Assembly: GCA_043807255.1 (NCBI GenBank)
Contig: JAZDGD010000001.1
Span: forward strand, 8,464-72,463
DNA from: Patescibacteria group bacterium
GTDB taxonomy: Bacteria > Patescibacteriota > Minisyncoccia > RBG-13-40-8-A
DNA length: 64,000 nt
Reading direction: 5' to 3'
Positions 55,261-64,000 of the stretch are shown piece by piece. Position 1 is the stretch's first letter; each line of letters begins with the position of its first letter. The position numbers were made by a program, and so were the translations under genes. The notes beneath the pieces were generated by a model, which made no database searches, had not been told where the DNA came from, and saw only the letters and a list, made by a program, of their open reading frames with translations.

Positions 55261-57366
55261 ATGAGAGATTATCCTTTAGAAAAAGTTAGGAATTTTGGAA
55301 TCATTGCGCATATTGATGCTGGTAAAACCACCACGTCAGAAAGAGTTTTATATTACACGGGGATGATTCATAAAATAGGTGAAGTTCATGAGGGCGAAAC
55401 AACCACCGATTGGATGGAACAAGAAAGAGAGCGTGGCATTACAATTACGGCCGCAGCAATCACTTGTTTTTGGAACCCAACATATATGCCAGCCTCTGAT
55501 ATTTCAAGAAAGGTTCGTTTTAATATTATTGATACTCCGGGACATATTGATTTTACAGCCGAAGTTAAAAGATCGCTCCATGTTTTAGATGGGGCGGTTG
55601 TTGTTTTCGACGGAGTTGCAGGAGTAGAACCACAATCAGAAACAAATTGGCGTTATGCTGACGAAGAAAATGTTCCCAGATTATGCTTCATTAATAAATT
55701 AGATAGAATGGGGGCATCTTTTGAAAAATCTTATCAATCAATCTTAGATCGTTTAGATAAAAATGCAGTAAGGGTGCAAATCCCTATTGGCCTAGAAGAA
55801 AATCATGTGGGAGTTATAGATTTACTCAAGATGAAGGCATTTTATTTTGAAGGAGATAAGGGAGAGCAAGTGATTGAAGCAGAAATCCCTGCAGAATATT
55901 TAGAAGATGCTAAAAAATACCGAGGAGAATTAATTGAAAAAATTGTTGCTGAAGACGAAGCACTAATGAGCCAGTATTTAGACGGCAAAGAAATTACAGT
56001 CGACGAATTAAAAGTTGTTTTACGCAAAGCAGTAATTGCTAATAAAATTTTTCCAGTTTTTGCTGGGTCAGCATTGAAAAATAAAGGAGTACAATTAATC
56101 TTAGATGCGGTTGTTGATTATTTACCAAGTCCGTTAGATATCCCGCCAGTCAAAGGAATTGATCCAAAAACAGGAGAGGAAATAGTAAGACACGCATCAG
56201 ACGAAGAACCATTTTCTGCATTAGCATTTAAATTGCAAAGCGATCCATTTGTTGGTCAGCTTACCTTCTTTAGAGTTTATTCCGGAACAGTTTCGGCTGG
56301 ATCATATATTTATAATTCCACGCTTGATAAAAAAGAAAGACTAGGAAGAATTGTACGTTTACAAGCAGACAAAAGAGAAGAAGTGGAAACAGTTTATTCC
56401 GGAGAAATTGCAGCTGCCGTGGGATTAAAAGACGTTAAAACCAGTCATACGTTTTGTGATGAGAACAAGCCAATCGTGCTTGAAATAATTAAGTTTATGG
56501 AGCCAGTTATTGCGATGAGTATTGAGCCGAAAACCAAAGCAGATCAAGAAAGAATGGGTATGGCATTAAAACGTCTAACTGACGAAGATCCGACATTTAA
56601 AATTAAAACCGACGAAGAGACAGGTCAAACAATTATTTGGGGCATGGGCGAATTACATTTAGAAATTATTGTTGATAGAATGAAGCGAGAATTTAAAGTT
56701 GAGGTGAATGTTGGTAGACCACAAGTTGCCTATAAAGAAACAATTAAGAAAACTGCAGAAGCACAAGGAAAATATATCCGACAATCGGGTGGTCGTGGAC
56801 AATATGGCGATGTTTGGATAAAAATTGAACCACTTGAAAGGGGAAAGGGGTTTGAATTTATTGACGCAATTAAGGGGGGGGCTATTCCAGCAGAATACAT
56901 CCCAGCAATTAAGAAAGGAATTAAGGAAGCAATGGATAGGGGTGTTTTAGCCGGGTATCCTTTTGTTGATGCACAAGTAACATTGTTCGATGGGTCTTTT
57001 CATGAAGTCGATTCTTCTGAGGCGTCGTTTAAGATGGCTGGTTCGTTTGCTTTACAGGAAGCAGCCAAAAGGGCAGATTTAATTTTGCTTGAACCGATTA
57101 TGCAACTTGAGGTAGTTATTCCTATAGAATTTTTAGGCGACGTTACAGGAGATTTAAATAGTAAAAGAGCGAGAATAGAAAAAATCGATGATCGTTTAAG
57201 CGCGAAGATTATCGGTGCAAAGGTTCCTTTGTCTGAGATGTTTGGTTATGCAACCAGAATTAGATCGATGACTCAAGGGAGGGGAACGTTCACAATGGAA
57301 TTTTCTAATTACGAAGAAGTTCCTAAAAATGTGGCGTTAACCATAATAGAGGGCAGGCAGAGGTAA
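55261..57366 (+). CDS. fusA: Elongation factor G
   Basis: G-domain motifs ([18 protein letters not shown]) and EF-G domains IV/V. Confidence 0.95.
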   Translation: MRDYPLEKVRNFGIIAHIDAGKTTTSERVLYYTGMIHKIGEVHEGETTTDWMEQERERGITITAAAITCFWNPTYMPASDISRKVRFNIIDTPGHIDFTAEVKRSLHVLDGAVVVFDGVAGVEPQSETNWRYADEENVPRLCFINKLDRMGASFEKSYQSILDRLDKNAVRVQIPIGLEENHVGVIDLLKMKAFYFEGDKGEQVIEAEIPAEYLEDAKKYRGELIEKIVAEDEALMSQYLDGKEITVDELKVVLRKAVIANKIFPVFAGSALKNKGVQLILDAVVDYLPSPLDIPPVKGIDPKTGEEIVRHASDEEPFSALAFKLQSDPFVGQLTFFRVYSGTVSAGSYIYNSTLDKKERLGRIVRLQADKREEVETVYSGEIAAAVGLKDVKTSHTFCDENKPIVLEIIKFMEPVIAMSIEPKTKADQERMGMALKRLTDEDPTFKIKTDEETGQTIIWGMGELHLEIIVDRMKREFKVEVNVGRPQVAYKETIKKTAEAQGKYIRQSGGRGQYGDVWIKIEPLERGKGFEFIDAIKGGAIPAEYIPAIKKGIKEAMDRGVLAGYPFVDAQVTLFDGSFHEVDSSEASFKMAGSFALQEAAKRADLILLEPIMQLEVVIPIEFLGDVTGDLNSKRARIEKIDDRLSAKIIGAKVPLSEMFGYATRIRSMTQGRGTFTMEFSNYEEVPKNVALTIIEGRQR

Positions 57367-57441
57367 GGAGACTTGACTGATTATTAATAATCAGTTAAAC
57401 TGTAAAATAAATAAATAAATAATTAAGTAAACAAAAATAAT

Positions 57442-58638
57442 ATGGCAGGGAAATTTGAAAGAACAAAACCGCATGTTAATGTGGGAACAATTGGTCACAT
57501 TGATCATGGCAAAACCACTTTAACTGCAGCTATTTTAAGGCAATTAGGGCTTAAGGGATTTGTTGCGTCTAAAAAAGGAGTTAATGAAATTGATGCCGCC
57601 CCAGAAGAAAGGGAGCGTGGTATTACAATTGCATTAGCACACGTTGAATATGAAACAGAAAAAAGACATTACGCACATATTGATTGTCCGGGTCATACTG
57701 CTTATATTAAGAATATGATCACCGGCGCAGCTCAAATGGATGGCGCAATTTTGGTCGTATCAGCAGCTGATGGTCCTATGCCCCAGACCCGAGAACATAT
57801 ACTTTTGGCTAATCAAGTTGGAGTGCCAAATATTATTGTTTTCTTGAATAAAATTGATCAGGTTGATGATCCAGAACTTATTGATTTAGTTGAAGCAGAA
57901 GTTAGAGAGCTTTTAACAAAATATAATTATCCAGGAGACAAAATTCCATTTATTAAGGGTTCAGCATTAAAGGCCTTAGAGTCAAATGATCCTAATTCAG
58001 AAGACGCAAAATGTATTTTTGAACTTGCAAAGGCCTTAGACGAATATATTCCAGAACCAAAAAGAGAAACCGATAAACCATTCTTAATGCCAATTGAAGA
58101 TATTTTCTCAATTGAAGGCCGTGGAACAGTTGTTACGGGAAAAATTGAAAGAGGTACGGTTAAGGTTAATGATGAAATTGAGGTTGTTGGCATAAGACCA
58201 ACCCAGAAAACAGTTGTAACTGGAATCGAAATGTTTAATAAATCACTCGACTTTGGTCAAGCTGGCGACAATGCCGGTATTCTTTTAAGAGGATTAAAGA
58301 AGGAAGATGTTGAAAGAGGTCAAGTTATTGCAAAACCAGGATCAGTTACTCCTCATAGTGAATTTGAAGCCGAGGTATATATATTATCTAAAGAAGAAGG
58401 TGGTAGACACACTCCATTTTTGAAGGGATATAAACCTCAGTTTTATATTAGAACAACTGACGTTACCGGAGATGTAGTCTCTTTGGCTGATGGAGTTGAA
58501 ATGATTATGCCAGGAGATAATGCAAAAATTACAGTTAAATTGATTGCCCCAGTTGCGTTAGAAGAAAAGCAAAAATTTGCCATTAGAGAAGGTGGAAAAA
58601 CAGTGGGAGCGGGATTTGTCACTAAGATCATTAAATAG
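57442..58638 (+). CDS. tuf: Elongation factor Tu
   Basis: [18 protein letters not shown] and NKID motifs. Confidence 0.95.
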   Translation: MAGKFERTKPHVNVGTIGHIDHGKTTLTAAILRQLGLKGFVASKKGVNEIDAAPEERERGITIALAHVEYETEKRHYAHIDCPGHTAYIKNMITGAAQMDGAILVVSAADGPMPQTREHILLANQVGVPNIIVFLNKIDQVDDPELIDLVEAEVRELLTKYNYPGDKIPFIKGSALKALESNDPNSEDAKCIFELAKALDEYIPEPKRETDKPFLMPIEDIFSIEGRGTVVTGKIERGTVKVNDEIEVVGIRPTQKTVVTGIEMFNKSLDFGQAGDNAGILLRGLKKEDVERGQVIAKPGSVTPHSEFEAEVYILSKEEGGRHTPFLKGYKPQFYIRTTDVTGDVVSLADGVEMIMPGDNAKITVKLIAPVALEEKQKFAIREGGKTVGAGFVTKIIK

Positions 58639-58655
58639 TTGAGTAAGTTATAGCT

Positions 58656-59000
58656 ATGGCAGTCAAAAAGAAGGAAAGCGTGGCTCAAGAAGAAGTTAAA
58701 CAACGCCTTAGGATTAAAATTAAAGCATTTGATCATAAGATTGTTGACCAATCAGCAAAACAGATTATTGAGACCGCCGAGAGATATGGTGCCGAGGTAG
58801 TTGGTCCAATACCATTGCCAACCCATATTCAAAAATATACAGTTAATCGTTCGACCTTTGTGCATAAAAACGCAAGGGAGCAGTTTGAAATGAGAACTCA
58901 CAAACGGGTAATTGATATATTTAATCCTGCACCGAAAATCATTGATGCATTGATGAATTTGAATTTGCCAGCCGGAGTCGACATTGAGATTAAGATGTAG
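58656..59000 (+). CDS. rpsJ: 30S ribosomal protein S10
   Basis: [16 protein letters not shown]...GPIPLPT matches S10. Confidence 0.9.
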   Translation: MAVKKKESVAQEEVKQRLRIKIKAFDHKIVDQSAKQIIETAERYGAEVVGPIPLPTHIQKYTVNRSTFVHKNAREQFEMRTHKRVIDIFNPAPKIIDALMNLNLPAGVDIEIKM

Positions 59001-59101
59001 AATGTACAAATTGTTATGGATTTGTATTTACAATATAACTAGTTAAAAAGTATAATTATCCGCGTAAAAAATACCGGACAATCGGTATTTTTTATTAAAA
59101 A

Positions 59102-59707
59102 TTGATTAAGATTATGAAGTTCATTACTGGAAAAAAAGTCGGAATGACACAAATATATGACAAAGACGGGAATGTAACGCCAGTTACAGTTATTGAAGCT
59201 GGTCCTTGTTTTGTTACTCAAATTAAAACTAAAGAGAAAGATGGATACGAAGCAATTCAAATTGGTTTTGAGGCATTAAAAGCAAAAAAAGTCAAAAAAC
59301 CACAAAAAGGAAAAGAATATCGATTTTTAACTGAATTCTGCGGAACAATTGAAGAATATAAGGCCGGAGACAAGATTGACGTTTCTAAGTTTATAGAAGG
59401 AGATAAAGTGAAAATTGCAGGAATCTCTAAGGGGCGAGGTTTTCAAGGCGTAGTTAAGAGACATGGGTTTAAAGGTGCTCCAGCATCACATGGTCATCCA
59501 CACGATCAAAGAAAGCCTGGTTCAATTGGTTGCAGTTTCCCCGAAAGAGTTATTAAAGGGATGAGAATGGCAGGACACATGGGCGTGGCCAGGAGTACAA
59601 TTAAAAATTTAAAAGTTGTTGTTGTTGATTTGGAAAATAATTTATTAGCTTTGTCTGGAGCAGTGCCGGGTCCAAACAATGGGTTGATTGAGATACAAAC
59701 AATTTAA
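59102..59707 (+). CDS. rplC: 50S ribosomal protein L3
   Basis: [27 protein letters not shown]; matches L3. Confidence 0.9.
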   Translation: MIKIMKFITGKKVGMTQIYDKDGNVTPVTVIEAGPCFVTQIKTKEKDGYEAIQIGFEALKAKKVKKPQKGKEYRFLTEFCGTIEEYKAGDKIDVSKFIEGDKVKIAGISKGRGFQGVVKRHGFKGAPASHGHPHDQRKPGSIGCSFPERVIKGMRMAGHMGVARSTIKNLKVVVVDLENNLLALSGAVPGPNNGLIEIQTI

Positions 59708-59709
59708 AT

Positions 59710-60351
59710 ATGACTAAGACAGATTTATATAATTTGGAAGGAGAAAAAACTGGAACAGTTGAATTGCCAGAAAATATTTTTAATATTGAAATTAATGATG
59801 ATGTAATTTATCAGGTTGTTAATGTGCAGATGGCGAATAGTCGTCAAAATTTAGCACATACCAAAAACAGAGGAGACGTGCGAGGTGGTGGTAAAAAGCC
59901 GTGGAGACAAAAAGGAACTGGTCGCGCAAGACATGGTTCAACCAGATCTCCGTTATGGAGAGGCGGTGGTGTTACTTTTGGGCCAAGAAATGATGAAAAT
60001 TTTTCAAGGAAAATTAATAAGAAAATAAAACAAAAGGCATTATTTATGGTTTTATCCTCAAAATTACGGGACAAAGAGTTAGTCGTTGTCGATGACCTTA
60101 AAATAAATGAACCAAAAACAAAATCAATGTCCATTGTTTTAAAAAAGATTTTTAAAGATAAAAAGAAAATTAGTGTTTTGGTAACAGTATCGAAAAATAA
60201 AGAGAACGTAAGCATTGCAATGAGAAATATTCCCGATTCGAAAACGATTTTTGCTGACAGTTTGAATGTTTTAGAGTTGTTATCATTTAAATATTTATTA
60301 TTAGATAAGGAGGCGATTGGTGTAATTGAAAAAACATATGGCAATATTTAA
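59710..60351 (+). CDS. rplD: 50S ribosomal protein L4
   Basis: L4 pattern (GGGKKPWRQKGTGRARHGSTRSPLWRGGG). Confidence 0.9.
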   Translation: MTKTDLYNLEGEKTGTVELPENIFNIEINDDVIYQVVNVQMANSRQNLAHTKNRGDVRGGGKKPWRQKGTGRARHGSTRSPLWRGGGVTFGPRNDENFSRKINKKIKQKALFMVLSSKLRDKELVVVDDLKINEPKTKSMSIVLKKIFKDKKKISVLVTVSKNKENVSIAMRNIPDSKTIFADSLNVLELLSFKYLLLDKEAIGVIEKTYGNI

Positions 60352-60745
60352 TATTTTTAAAAAGTCCCGACCGCAGTCGGGATCCTCGACACCAATGGTG
60401 TCGGGAAAGCCAGTCATTGATAGCGGGAAATCCATCAAAAAAGCCCCAACCAAAAGGAAGGAGATTGCAATTGCCGAGCTTTTAAAGGAACCCCACATTA
60501 GTGAAAAGGCAACAATATTATCAGAGAATGGTAAATATGTTTTTAGGGTTTATGCCGATGCCAATAAGTCGGAAATAAAAAAAGCCGTTGCCGGTCTTTA
60601 TGGCGTAGCAGTTAAAGATATTAATATTATTAACATTAAACCAAAGGTTAGGATAATGAGAGGAATGAAGGGCGAAAAATCGGGCTATAAAAAAGCGATT
60701 GTTACCCTAGAAAAGGGACATAAAATTGAAATTTTGCCTCATTAA
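60338..60745 (+). CDS. rplW: 50S ribosomal protein L23 (with N-terminal extension)
   Basis: Conserved L23 core from [13 protein letters not shown]. The extension contains GC-rich hairpins. Confidence 0.8.
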   Translation: MAIFNIFKKSRPQSGSSTPMVSGKPVIDSGKSIKKAPTKRKEIAIAELLKEPHISEKATILSENGKYVFRVYADANKSEIKKAVAGLYGVAVKDINIINIKPKVRIMRGMKGEKSGYKKAIVTLEKGHKIEILPH

Positions 60746-60768
60746 AAAGTCTAACTTCTCTATCGATT

Positions 60769-61611
60769 ATGAAACATTTTAATCCAACAAGTCCAGGTAC
60801 CAGAGGAAGAATTGGTATCGAATACAAAAAATTACTATCCGGGGATAAACCTAAAAAATCTCTACTTTTGTCATTTAAAGAACAAGCGGGGAGAAATAGA
60901 AAAGGCAGAATTACAGTTAGACATCAGGGTGGTGGACATAAAAAATTATTTAGAGTAATCGATTTTAAAAGAGAGAAGTTTAACATTCCAGCAAAAGTTA
61001 AAACAATAGAATATGACCCAAACAGATCGGTGTTTATTGCCCTGATTTGTTATGCAGACGGAGAACAAAGATATATTTTATTGCCCCAAGATTTAAAGAT
61101 TGGAGACGAAATTATTACTTCAGAAAAGACGACATTAAAGCCGGGCAATAGATTGTTATTAAAAAATATTCCCGTAGGAACGTTTGTTCACGATATTGAA
61201 TTAATCCCAGGACAATGCGGAAAAATAGTTCATTCTGCTGGTTCAAGTGCGCAAGTAACCGCTAACGAAGGAAGATATGTTCATTTGACACTTCCCTCCA
61301 CTGAAACAAGAATGATTTTAGCTGATTGCATGGCAACAATTGGAGCATTGAGCAATCCAGAGCATATGTTTGTTAATTTGGGGAAAGCAGGAAGAATGAG
61401 ATGGAAGGGAGTAAGGCCAAGGGTTCGAGGAACCGCAATGAATCCAGTTGATCATCCACACGGTGGAGGAGAGGGTAGATCGCCAATTGGATTGCGCAGG
61501 GGTCCAAAAACGCCTTGGGGCAAACAAGCATTTGGCGTCAAAACAAGGAAAAAGAAAAAATATTCAAATAAATTTATAGTTCAAAGAAGAATACATAAAA
61601 AACGAAAATAA
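60769..61611 (+). CDS. rplB: 50S ribosomal protein L2
   Basis: L2 signature ([13 protein letters not shown]). Confidence 0.95.
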   Translation: MKHFNPTSPGTRGRIGIEYKKLLSGDKPKKSLLLSFKEQAGRNRKGRITVRHQGGGHKKLFRVIDFKREKFNIPAKVKTIEYDPNRSVFIALICYADGEQRYILLPQDLKIGDEIITSEKTTLKPGNRLLLKNIPVGTFVHDIELIPGQCGKIVHSAGSSAQVTANEGRYVHLTLPSTETRMILADCMATIGALSNPEHMFVNLGKAGRMRWKGVRPRVRGTAMNPVDHPHGGGEGRSPIGLRRGPKTPWGKQAFGVKTRKKKKYSNKFIVQRRIHKKRK

Positions 61612-61622
61612 AAAATAAAAAC

Positions 61623-61955
61623 ATGCCAAGAAGCTTAAAAAAGGGTCCCTGGGTGGACGAAAAATTAATCGCAAAAGTCAAACTGGCCAAGGGTGGAGAA
61701 AAAAAAGTAATTAAAACATGGGCCAGAGACTGCACAATTACTCCGGAAATGGTTGGGGTTACTTTTGGCGTACACAATGGCAAGGACCATATTGCGGTGT
61801 TTGTTACAGAAGAAATGGTCGGACATAAATTGGGAGAATTCTCTCCAACCAGAAAATTTGTTCGTCATGGAGGAAAAATGCAGAAAGACATTGAAAAGGG
61901 CGCTCCGATTGCTTCTGCTCCAGCTTCAGTCCCAACCGCCAAACCAAGCAAATAA
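61623..61955 (+). CDS. rpsS: 30S ribosomal protein S19
   Basis: [14 protein letters not shown]...[29 protein letters not shown]. Confidence 0.9.
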   Translation: MPRSLKKGPWVDEKLIAKVKLAKGGEKKVIKTWARDCTITPEMVGVTFGVHNGKDHIAVFVTEEMVGHKLGEFSPTRKFVRHGGKMQKDIEKGAPIASAPASVPTAKPSK

Positions 61956-61960
61956 AATAT

Positions 61961-62458
61961 ATGGAAATTAAAGCTAGTTTAAATTATTTAAGAATTGCTC
62001 CAAGAAAAGTTAGATCTGTGATAGATTTAATAAGGGGCAAAGAGATCAAGGAGGCCGAGGCTCAGCTTAAGTTTTTGAGTCGCAGAGCATCGGCCCCAGT
62101 TTATCGACTTTTAAAATCAGCGATTGCTAATGCAAAGAGTAATTTCAATGTTGACAAAGAAAATTTATTCATAAAAGAAATTAAAGTTGATGAAGGAGTA
62201 CCCTTTAAAAGACAGAGGGCAATGTCTCGCGGTAGAGCATTCCCGATCATGAAAAGAACAAGTCACATTATTATATCTTTGGGGGTTAAAGAAGGAGTTA
62301 AGATTGAGAAGAAACAATCCGTAATTAGGGAGACAAAAATAAATACAGAAACAAAAACCTCTTCAAAATCGATTAATAAAAAACCAGTTAAAGAAACAAC
62401 AATAAAACCAAAAAAACAAAACTGGGCTAAAAGAATTTTTAGAAGAAAATCAATTTAA
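61961..62458 (+). CDS. rplV: 50S ribosomal protein L22 (Lys-rich C-terminal extension)
   Basis: L22 core (RIAPRKVRSVIDLIRG...AKSNF). Confidence 0.9.
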   Translation: MEIKASLNYLRIAPRKVRSVIDLIRGKEIKEAEAQLKFLSRRASAPVYRLLKSAIANAKSNFNVDKENLFIKEIKVDEGVPFKRQRAMSRGRAFPIMKRTSHIIISLGVKEGVKIEKKQSVIRETKINTETKTSSKSINKKPVKETTIKPKKQNWAKRIFRRKSI

Positions 62459-62460
62459 TT

Positions 62461-63111
62461 ATGAGCCACAGAGTACATCCAAAAGTTTTTAGAATAAAAG
62501 GCATTGAAGACTGGCAGTCACAATGGTATAGCAAAAAAAACTACAAGAATAATTTGGAGCAGGATATTGCTATCCGTGATTTTGTAAAAAAAGAATTAAA
62601 ATCAGCAGCAATTGATGAGGTTATTATAAAGCGCTCAGCAAACTCAGTGCATATTATTATTAAAGCAGCCAGGCCGGGCATTATTATTGGTCGTGGCGGA
62701 GCGGGAATACAGGAAGTCAAAAAACAAATTATTAGTAAAATTTTTAAAAGCAAAATTAAAGGCATTGACATTAAAATTGATGTAGAAGAAATTAGAAAGG
62801 CTGAAATTCAGGCAAGCATTATCGGCCAAGCGATTGCCGAACAACTGGAGCGCAGAATGCCATTCAGAAGAGTGTTGAAGCAAACCATTGAAAAGGTAAT
62901 ACAAAATTCAGAAGTTAAGGGCGTGAAAATTTTTGTTTCTGGACGTTTGAATGGATCAGAAATGGCACGAGAAGAGTGGCTTAAAAAGGGCAGTTTGCCA
63001 CTTCAAACAATTAGGGCAAATATTAATTATGCCCAGGTTAATGCGCATACAATTTACGGAGTAATCGGAATAAAGGTCTGGATAAACAAAGGGGAAGTTT
63101 TTGATAAATAA
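62461..63111 (+). CDS. rpsC: 30S ribosomal protein S3
   Basis: KH domain ([14 protein letters not shown]) and S3 C-domain. Confidence 0.9.
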   Translation: MSHRVHPKVFRIKGIEDWQSQWYSKKNYKNNLEQDIAIRDFVKKELKSAAIDEVIIKRSANSVHIIIKAARPGIIIGRGGAGIQEVKKQIISKIFKSKIKGIDIKIDVEEIRKAEIQASIIGQAIAEQLERRMPFRRVLKQTIEKVIQNSEVKGVKIFVSGRLNGSEMAREEWLKKGSLPLQTIRANINYAQVNAHTIYGVIGIKVWINKGEVFDK

Positions 63112-63113
63112 TT

Positions 63114-63521
63114 ATGCAACCGAAAAAAGTCAAACATCGAAAATGGCATAAAGGCAGAAGAAGGGCCTTGGGACTATCAAAGGGCGGGACGGAATTAAAT
63201 TTCGGAAGTTTTGGCTTAAAGGCAGATGGAACCAAATGGATTACGGCCAAACAAATTGAAGCAGCCAGGCGTGCCATGACTCATCATCTCCAAAAAGGCG
63301 GAAAGCTTTGGATTAAAATTTTTCCAGACAAACCAGTTACCCAAAAAGGACAAGAAGTGCCCATGGGAGGAGGAAAGGGAAGCGTTGAGCATTATGTGGC
63401 GGCCGTAAAACCAGGAAGAATACTTTTTGAAATTGATGGCGTAACCGAGGAAGTTGCCAAAGAAGCAATGAGGCTGGCTTCGCATAAATTACCAATTAAA
63501 ACTAAATTTGTTAAAAGATAA
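63114..63521 (+). CDS. rplP: 50S ribosomal protein L16
   Basis: [15 protein letters not shown] is the L16 N-terminus. Confidence 0.9.
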   Translation: MQPKKVKHRKWHKGRRRALGLSKGGTELNFGSFGLKADGTKWITAKQIEAARRAMTHHLQKGGKLWIKIFPDKPVTQKGQEVPMGGGKGSVEHYVAAVKPGRILFEIDGVTEEVAKEAMRLASHKLPIKTKFVKR

Positions 63522-63523
63522 TT

Positions 63524-63727
63524 ATGAAAGTACAAGAGTTAAAACAAAGAACAGAAAAAGAATTACACGATACCTTAATTCATTTAAAAGATTCTCTTAG
63601 AGAATTAAGATTTAATTTGGTTGGTGGAAAAGTGAAGAATATTAATGAAATTCATCGCACCAGACGCGATATCGCAAGAGTATTAACTTTGATTAAACAA
63701 AATGAAAAAGCAAAACGAAACAAATAA
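63524..63727 (+). CDS. rpmC: 50S ribosomal protein L29
   Basis: ELKQRTEKELHDTLIHLKDSLRELRFN. Confidence 0.85.
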   Translation: MKVQELKQRTEKELHDTLIHLKDSLRELRFNLVGGKVKNINEIHRTRRDIARVLTLIKQNEKAKRNK

Positions 63728-63944
63728 ACAAACACTAAAAGGAACAGTAGTTTCAGACAAAATGGATAAAACCATTGTAGTTTTAATTGAAAGAATCAAA
63801 GAACATAAACAATATCGCAAGAGATATAAGGTTTCAAAAAGATATAAAGCACATGACCCGGAGAACAAATATCATCTTGGCGATAAAGTTATAATTAAAG
63901 AATGTAGGCCGATATCAAAAGATAAAAAATGGATAGTGCTATAA
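63702..63944 (+). CDS. rpsQ: 30S ribosomal protein S17
   Basis: GTVVSDKMDKTIVV...KYHLGDKVIIKECRPISKDKKW. Confidence 0.85.
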   Translation: MKKQNETNKQTLKGTVVSDKMDKTIVVLIERIKEHKQYRKRYKVSKRYKAHDPENKYHLGDKVIIKECRPISKDKKWIVL

Positions 63945-63948
63945 TTAT

Positions 63949-64000
63949 ATGATACAAGTTGGAACAAATTTAAAAGTCGCCGATAATACCGGAGCAAAGG
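63949..64000 (+). CDS. rplN: 50S ribosomal protein L14 (5' partial, runs off the window)
   Basis: MIQVGTNLKVADNTGAK is the canonical L14 start. Confidence 0.7.
   Translation, partial: MIQVGTNLKVADNTGAK

Noticed and set aside
1-64000. CRISPR arrays
   Set aside because: No regularly spaced identical direct repeats with unique spacers were seen. The repeats present are palindromic REPs or heptamer/decamer micro-arrays.

Overview
The window is AT-rich (about one-third GC by eye) and densely packed with small housekeeping genes. The gene content and architecture suggest a Candidate Phyla Radiation / Patescibacteria-like bacterium; this is inference only. Most of the window is core machinery. There are seven aminoacyl-tRNA synthetases (argS, ileS, glyQS, metG, leuS, hisS), and the last 9 kb is the str/S10 ribosomal cluster (rpsL-rpsG-fusA-tuf-rpsJ-rplCDWB-rpsS-rplV-rpsC-rplP-rpmC-rpsQ-rplN). 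Also present are infC-rpmI-rplT, ftsA-ftsZ, nrdD-nrdG, topA, dprA, pth, lepB, PolX, tatD, purN, a family-4 uracil-DNA glycosylase, smpB plus a tmRNA, and tRNA-Leu(CAA) and tRNA-Pro(GGG). The most interesting accessory feature is a retron-like unit at 26746-28143. It consists of a GC-rich, hairpin-dense ncRNA followed directly by a reverse transcriptase carrying retron-specific motifs (NAxxH, LPQG, FVDD in place of YADD, VTG). It sits between tatD and leuS with no recognisable effector gene, and the TatD nuclease ends 2 nt before the ncRNA. There are two Panacea (DUF4065) antitoxin-like loci: one fused to an XRE HTH and overlapping a RelE/ParE-like gene, the other followed by an unknown 130-aa ORF. 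Two REP-associated tyrosine transposase (RAYT) genes are each flanked by their own palindromic repeat (REP) family, and one of them sits exactly between the ComEC channel domain and its separated metallo-beta-lactamase domain. The genome also carries several families of short repeats that are inserted in frame into essential genes. These include a 30-nt AAAAGTC heptamer element coding IKSQKSKIKS in PolX, IleRS, LeuRS and Pth; CGCAGATAAA decamer mini-arrays; and GC-rich palindromes inside coding sequences. A roughly 125-nt conserved leader with a compensatory hairpin swap lies upstream of both purN and hisS. Two GC-rich islands encode secreted beta-rich proteins that end in Phe.
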